From: Candidatus Microgenomatus auricola
Lineage (GTDB): Bacteria > Patescibacteriota > Patescibacteriia > SBBC01
Length of the DNA: 64,000 nt
Assembly: GCA_005239865.1 (NCBI GenBank)
Contig: SBBC01000013.1
Coordinates: 36,759 to 100,758 of the forward strand
Reading direction: 5' to 3'
Every line of letters starts with the position of its first letter. The first letter of the stretch is position 1. The notes beneath the pieces were generated by a model. It worked only from the letters and a program-made list of their open reading frames with translations. It was not told the origin of the DNA and searched no databases. Positions 59,237 to 64,000 of this stretch are shown piece by piece. The position numbers and the translations under genes were made by a program.

Positions 59237-59978
59237 CTCGAAATTTCTCCTGGAGGATGGCAATCGGAAACTCGACGACCGCGGTCATGATCCGACGCCA
59301 GCGCCGTCGCGGCTGACGCACTAGCCGCCACAGCCACTCCAAGCCGAGCGTCCGCACCAGGCGCGGTGGCTCGGGGACAACCCCGCCGAGGTAGTCGAAC
59401 GCACCCCCGACGCCTATCGCCACCTGGACGTGTCCGAGGGCGTGACGATGACGATCGATCCAAAGTTCTTGCCGCGGCGCACCGAGCGCCACCAAGAGAA
59501 TCTCCGCTTTGGAGCGTCGAATCCGCCAGCAGACCAAGCGATCGGGCAGACGAAACCAACGGCGGAACCCACTTTCGACGCCCACCACACTCAAACCGCG
59601 GTACTCCTTCGCGATCCGCGCCGCTACCCGTTCGGCCACTCCGGGCATCGCACCGTAGAGGAAGATCCGCCAGCCCTCGCGGCCGGCTCGCGGAAAAAGT
59701 CTTCGCAACAGATCCATCCCGGTCACCCGTCGTAACCGTCCACGTCGCAAGAAATGCCCGGCCAGGACGACCCCGAAGCCGTCCGGGAGCGAAAGCTCGG
59801 CCCGTCGCAGAACATCGCGAAATAGTTGATTGGTCTTCGCCATCATGAGAAACTCCGGTCCGGCTGTCACCACTTGGCAAAACTTCTGGTGTTCGATGGC
59901 TTGGGCGATGCGTCGCAGGACGTCGTCGATCATGACGGCGTCGAACGGAATACCGAGAATGGTCGTCCGTGTATTCAT
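59223..59978 (-). CDS. tagA: WecB/TagA/CpsF-family glycosyltransferase
   Basis: 'ILGIPFDAVMIDDVL' N-terminus and family-specific motifs. 251 aa. Confidence 0.75.
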   Translation of the reverse strand: MNTRTTILGIPFDAVMIDDVLRRIAQAIEHQKFCQVVTAGPEFLMMAKTNQLFRDVLRRAELSLPDGFGVVLAGHFLRRGRLRRVTGMDLLRRLFPRAGREGWRIFLYGAMPGVAERVAARIAKEYRGLSVVGVESGFRRWFRLPDRLVCWRIRRSKAEILLVALGAPRQELWIDRHRHALGHVQVAIGVGGAFDYLGGVVPEPPRLVRTLGLEWLWRLVRQPRRRWRRIMTAVVEFPIAILQEKFRDGAS

Positions 59979-60007
59979 GTCAGGTCCAGTTCAATTTGTA
60001 GTATATC

Positions 60008-61477
60008 ATGAATTTCGCTATACTGAAGAGGTCCATGGATCGTCGAACCATCCGAACATTCTTACCGTTGAAATGCATCCTGATGGGAATGTCGGCGTTC
60101 GCGCTCGCAGCCGCGGGGCTGGTGCCCGCCACTCCAGTTCGCGCCGTGAGCAACGACTTTATCTTGAGCGACGCCGATTTCCTCGACGCCGAAGCGATGA
60201 GTGCTGACCGCATCCGGCGATTCCTTGAAGATCGCGGCAGTTTTCTGGCTGACTACTCGGTCGATGACGGAGGCACGACGAAAAAAGCGGCTCAACTCCT
60301 GGCTGAGGTATCGCGCGACTACGGTCTGAGCCCAAAATTTTTCCTGACCCTCCTCCAGAAAGAACAATCGCTCGTGACTGATCCAAATCCGACGCCGAAC
60401 CAACTCGATTACGCCCTCGGCTACGGCTGCCCGTCAACATGCAGCTCGGCTTACAAAGGATTTGCCACCCAGCTCCGTGCCGCCGGGGCGCGGATCCACG
60501 ACGATTACCTGCCAGCCCTCCGGGAACACGGACAGTTCAACGGTTGGGGTCCCGGCATCGCCAAACTGACGATTGACAACCTCCTGGTCACGCCGGCCAA
60601 CATTGCCACAGCCGTCCTCTATATCTACAATCCCTACGTCGGGAAGTACGGCGGCGGCGATCAGCGCTACGGCGCGAACTCCTTGTTCCAACAACTCTGG
60701 CTACGCTGGTTCGTGCGGAAACATCCGGACGGCTCGCTCCTTCGCGTGCGCGGCCAGCCGGGGATCTGGCTCATCCGCGATGGCCGTCGATCGGCCTTTC
60801 TCTCGCGCGCCGCTTTTGTCAGTAACTATGACCCCGAAAAGGTCGTTACTGTCGATCGTGACGAAATTGAAACCTATGAAGTCGGTTCGCCGATTCGTTA
60901 TCCAGAACCATCTCTTCTCCAACTGCGCACCGGCGGCGTGTATCTCCTGGTCAATGGCATGAAGCGCCCGCTGGCCTCGCACGAAACGCTGCGCCTTCTC
61001 GGCTATAACCCCGAAGAGATCATTCGCGGCGTTGACGCCGCCGAGCTCGAGATTTACCCGAAAGGTGATCCAATCACCGAACACGACACCTTTCCGACCG
61101 GGCGTCTCCTCCAATCCACGACCTCCGGCGGCGTGGCCTACATCGGCACCGATGACCTGCGTCATGCCATTTACTCAAAAGAGATCTATCGTTCACAATT
61201 CCGCAACCAGCGACCGCAACGCGCATCGGAAGAAGAGTTGTTATCGTACCCCGAAGGCGACCCGGTGAAATTCCGCGACGGTGAAATCGTCGCCTCCCGG
61301 ACCGAGCGAAAAATCTACTTTATCTCCAACGGCCAACGACGACCCATTCCCGATATCGAAACGTTCCGCGAGTTGGGCTTGAAGATAAAAAACCTCGTCT
61401 GGACGAACGATCGTTCGCTGGCCGCGCATCCGCTCGGCGAAGCTTTAAGCGATCTGTCAACCAACCCAGGGTCATAA
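60008..61477 (+). CDS. Secreted hypothetical protein with a conserved N-terminal domain and four ~55-aa C-terminal repeats
   Basis: Signal peptide present. N-terminal domain 'FLDAEAMSADRIRRFLEDRGSFLADY...LSPKFFLTLLQKEQSLV'. C-terminal repeats of the form 'G.vYL..NG.rRPi...E.f..LG........v...EL..YP.GdPi'. Confidence 0.5.
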   Translation: MNFAILKRSMDRRTIRTFLPLKCILMGMSAFALAAAGLVPATPVRAVSNDFILSDADFLDAEAMSADRIRRFLEDRGSFLADYSVDDGGTTKKAAQLLAEVSRDYGLSPKFFLTLLQKEQSLVTDPNPTPNQLDYALGYGCPSTCSSAYKGFATQLRAAGARIHDDYLPALREHGQFNGWGPGIAKLTIDNLLVTPANIATAVLYIYNPYVGKYGGGDQRYGANSLFQQLWLRWFVRKHPDGSLLRVRGQPGIWLIRDGRRSAFLSRAAFVSNYDPEKVVTVDRDEIETYEVGSPIRYPEPSLLQLRTGGVYLLVNGMKRPLASHETLRLLGYNPEEIIRGVDAAELEIYPKGDPITEHDTFPTGRLLQSTTSGGVAYIGTDDLRHAIYSKEIYRSQFRNQRPQRASEEELLSYPEGDPVKFRDGEIVASRTERKIYFISNGQRRPIPDIETFRELGLKIKNLVWTNDRSLAAHPLGEALSDLSTNPGS

Positions 61478-61479
61478 CC

Positions 61480-62277
61480 ATGCCCTTCATCGGCGCTGCA
61501 ATCGTCCCCCACTCACCCCTCCTCTTGCCGTCGATCGGCAAGGAGTACCACCGACAAACAAAAAAAACCCAGCGCGCGCTGGCCGCAGTCAGTCATGAAC
61601 TCTACGGACTCCAGCCCGATGTGCTCGTCATTCTCCATCCCCATGGTCAGCACCTCGAGGAGGCGTTTGGCGTCAACATCGCCGATCGCTTCACGATCGG
61701 ATTCACCGAATTCGGCGACCTCGTCACCACGACCACACGACCGGGTGCCGTCACCCTCGGTCAACTGATCAGGGAACGAGCCGAGGATAGCGGCTTCCCG
61801 GTAACGCTCATCCACGATCCTTCGCTCGGGTATGCGACCGGTGTGCCGCTGGTGCTCGTGGCCGATCATCTTCCGGCGGTCGGGTTGCTGCCGATCCGAC
61901 CGACCACGCTTGATCCCCAGACCCACGTCCATGCTGGTCGCCTCCTGGGAGAGGAATTTGACGCCGCCCGACAACGCATCGCGGTCATCGCCAGCGCCGA
62001 ACTCTCCCACCATCTCACGCCAGCCGCCCCGGGCGGTCAGCGCCCCGAGGGCAAAACCTTCGACGCCACGGTCCTTCGTTCGCTCCAAAAAAAATTCTGG
62101 GCAGAACACTTGCTTCGGATCGATGACGTGATTGTGGAACAAGCGGATGCCTGCGGCTATCGGCCACTCTTGATGCTGGCTGGCCTCGTGGCTCGAAAAA
62201 ATATCGCGATCCGAAAACTGGCGTACGAACATCCATTCGGGATTGGCTTGTTAACCGCCAATCTCACGTTAACCTAA
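61480..62277 (+). CDS. LigB-family (class III extradiol dioxygenase / DODA-like) protein
   Basis: 'GAAIVPHSPLLLP' N-terminus and 'HPHGQH', consistent with the LigB/AmmeMemo-like fold. 265 aa. Confidence 0.5.
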   Translation: MPFIGAAIVPHSPLLLPSIGKEYHRQTKKTQRALAAVSHELYGLQPDVLVILHPHGQHLEEAFGVNIADRFTIGFTEFGDLVTTTTRPGAVTLGQLIRERAEDSGFPVTLIHDPSLGYATGVPLVLVADHLPAVGLLPIRPTTLDPQTHVHAGRLLGEEFDAARQRIAVIASAELSHHLTPAAPGGQRPEGKTFDATVLRSLQKKFWAEHLLRIDDVIVEQADACGYRPLLMLAGLVARKNIAIRKLAYEHPFGIGLLTANLTLT

Positions 62278-62284
62278 ACCTACC

Positions 62285-64000
62285 ATGATTGCCCGCGTCG
62301 CCCCACTCCTGCGTCTGCCGCGGGCGCTTGGCGTCTTCGACTACCGTCTTCCGGAAACGATGACTGTTGTCGTCGGGAGTATCGTCCGAATCCCCTTTCG
62401 CCGCCGCTCACACATCGGCGTGGTTCTGGAACTCGCGTCAACTAGCTCCCTCGCTCCCGCAAACATCCTCGCCCTCAACGCAGTCATCAGTCAGTCTCCC
62501 CTCCTGCCCCTCCCCCAACTACAAGCGGCGCAACAGATCGCGCACGAGGGTTTTACCTCAATCGCCACGACCCTGCGAAGCATCATCCCGTCGCTCCGGC
62601 TCCGGACGGCCATCAGTCTTTTGCCACCGTCATCGCCAGCACCGGATCGAACCTGGCGGAATGAACTTGATAGTCTAACGGGCTCCCAACAGGACGTCGC
62701 ACTGATCTCGTACCTCAATGATCACTCTCGGACGACCTTCTACGAACATCTGGTGGCGCTCGCACAAAAACACCATCGTTCAACTCTACTCATCGTGCCA
62801 ACGATCGCCCGCCTGCGGGCCTACGCTCGCCTCTTTCCTCGCGCCTTCCTTCTCCACCACGGTCTGCCCGCGAGGCAATACCGCGAACTCTTTCTCAACA
62901 TCCGCAATGGACAGTCACTCATCGTCATCGGAACACGTTCGGCCATTTTCGCCCCGCTGACTGATCTCGGACTGGTCATCATTGACGACGAGGACGCCGA
63001 CGAACACGTCCAAGAAGAGCCGAGTCCGCGTTTCGACTGTCGAAGTGTGGCGGCCGCTCTGGTTACCCGGACCGGCGGAAAACTGGTGCTCATGAGTCGA
63101 CTCCCCTCGCTTCAATCTTTTCTCCAATATGGCGTTCACGAACATCTTGATGCCCCTCCACAAATCACAGTTGCGTTTGTTGACCTTGATGAACAGCGTG
63201 ACCAGCACGACTACCGAATAGTGCCTGATGTAACGCTGGCCGCGCTTCAGCGGGTTGCCGCGCAAGGGCGTCGCGCCGTCATCGTTCACCATCGCCGCTC
63301 GCTCTTCGGTTCGCTCGAATGCCGGGACTGCGGCTTCATCCCGACCTGCTCGATCTGCCGCGTCCCGCTGCGACAGGACGGGGCAGTTCTCGTCTGTCGT
63401 CACTGCGGGCAGACCGCCAACATTCCCTTGACCTGTCCGCGCTGCCGGGGTTACTCGCTGCGCGGACGCGGTCGTGGGATTGAGTATCTCGTCCTGGAAC
63501 TCCGCCGGGCTGGTCTCAAACCGGTCATCGCCGGGGCGACCGACTCCGATCGCGGGCTGATCCTCGTGACCACCCCGTCGCGCCTGGATGAACTTGATCT
63601 CTCGGAGGTCACCCTGGCCGTCATCACGCGTTACGATAGTTTGCTCTCCGTGCCCCGGATTGATGCCGAGGAACGCGCCCGACGGATCCTCCGCATGCTG
63701 GCGGCGAAAATTTCAGTTGGTGGAACGTTGTTGGTCCAGGGGTCGCGCGGTTACGAAGAACTTTCCCGAACGGTGTTCGACGATCGTGTGCTCGAGCAGG
63801 GGCGGGAGGAACGCGAACGCTTCGGCTACCCGCCCGCCTGGAACCTCCTGGCCTTACGCCGCCGCTTAGTGGCACGCGCGCCGGGCCTGACCGCGAACGA
63901 ACTCGTCCGCCGACTCAAACGACACGATCCGACCTTGCTCATCATTGGACCACAGCGTTCCCGCGGTCGGTCCCGCATCGATCCGGGTGGCGATCTCGTC
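62285..64000 (+). CDS. priA: Primosomal protein N' (PriA)-like, 3'-partial, with a degenerate Walker A
   Basis: The ORF is open to the end of the window and so is absent from the ORF track. PriA 3'-DNA-binding N-terminus ('VFDYRLPE...VRIPFRRRSHIGVV'). A helicase core where the P-loop 'GSGKT' is replaced by 'DHSRTT'. A DEEH-like 'DDEDADEH'. An intact Cys4 zinc module 'CRDCG...CSIC...CRHCG...CPRC'. Confidence 0.7.
   Translation, partial: MIARVAPLLRLPRALGVFDYRLPETMTVVVGSIVRIPFRRRSHIGVVLELASTSSLAPANILALNAVISQSPLLPLPQLQAAQQIAHEGFTSIATTLRSIIPSLRLRTAISLLPPSSPAPDRTWRNELDSLTGSQQDVALISYLNDHSRTTFYEHLVALAQKHHRSTLLIVPTIARLRAYARLFPRAFLLHHGLPARQYRELFLNIRNGQSLIVIGTRSAIFAPLTDLGLVIIDDEDADEHVQEEPSPRFDCRSVAAALVTRTGGKLVLMSRLPSLQSFLQYGVHEHLDAPPQITVAFVDLDEQRDQHDYRIVPDVTLAALQRVAAQGRRAVIVHHRRSLFGSLECRDCGFIPTCSICRVPLRQDGAVLVCRHCGQTANIPLTCPRCRGYSLRGRGRGIEYLVLELRRAGLKPVIAGATDSDRGLILVTTPSRLDELDLSEVTLAVITRYDSLLSVPRIDAEERARRILRMLAAKISVGGTLLVQGSRGYEELSRTVFDDRVLEQGREERERFGYPPAWNLLALRRRLVARAPGLTANELVRRLKRHDPTLLIIGPQRSRGRSRIDPGGDLV

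Noticed and set aside
1-64000. CRISPR arrays, IS elements, integrases and rRNA/tRNA genes
   Set aside because: No direct-repeat/spacer periodicity, no transposase or integrase motifs, and no rRNA- or tRNA-like sequences were seen anywhere in the window.

Overview
Densely packed window, almost entirely + strand, coding for bacterial housekeeping functions. In order: a cell-wall block (pgeF-murD fusion, ftsW, murG-murB fusion); hpf; secA; an FG-GAP/L,D-transpeptidase exoprotein; secD/secF; an unusual three-gene module (sigma70-region-4 + HARE-HTH protein, a membrane protein, a TraD/VirD4-like ATPase); a polysaccharide deacetylase; mnmA; alaS; an infA-rpmJ-rpsM-rpsK-rpsD-rpoA-rplQ-rplM-rpsI block; a cell-envelope glycan locus (flippase, GT4-GT2 fusion, three GT2s, an O-antigen-ligase-like protein, a Trm112-methyltransferase, a possibly DUF4012-like protein, and a second mreB); holB; a BNR-repeat lipoprotein; frr; rseP; mreBCD-mrdA; greA; lysS; an HD phosphohydrolase; rdgB; serS; alr; an ftsQ-like gene; a P-type ATPase. 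On the - strand are msrA, an EnvC-like M23 peptidase, gltX and tagA. The last + genes are a repeat-containing exoprotein, a LigB-type dioxygenase-like gene and a 3'-partial priA-like gene. I found no rRNA, tRNA, CRISPR array or mobile element. GC is high, so long antisense ORFs are common and were rejected. Several features together suggest a reduced-genome lineage, possibly CPR/Patescibacteria-like (inference only): two in-frame fusions of murein genes, basic N-terminal extensions on ribosomal proteins, an RpoA without the alpha C-terminal domain, a PriA with a degenerate P-loop, and consensus or extended -10 promoters placed for leaderless transcripts. The most unusual content is the HTH / membrane protein / coupling-protein-like ATPase module (12.5-17.0 kb) and a parvulin domain inserted into SecD.
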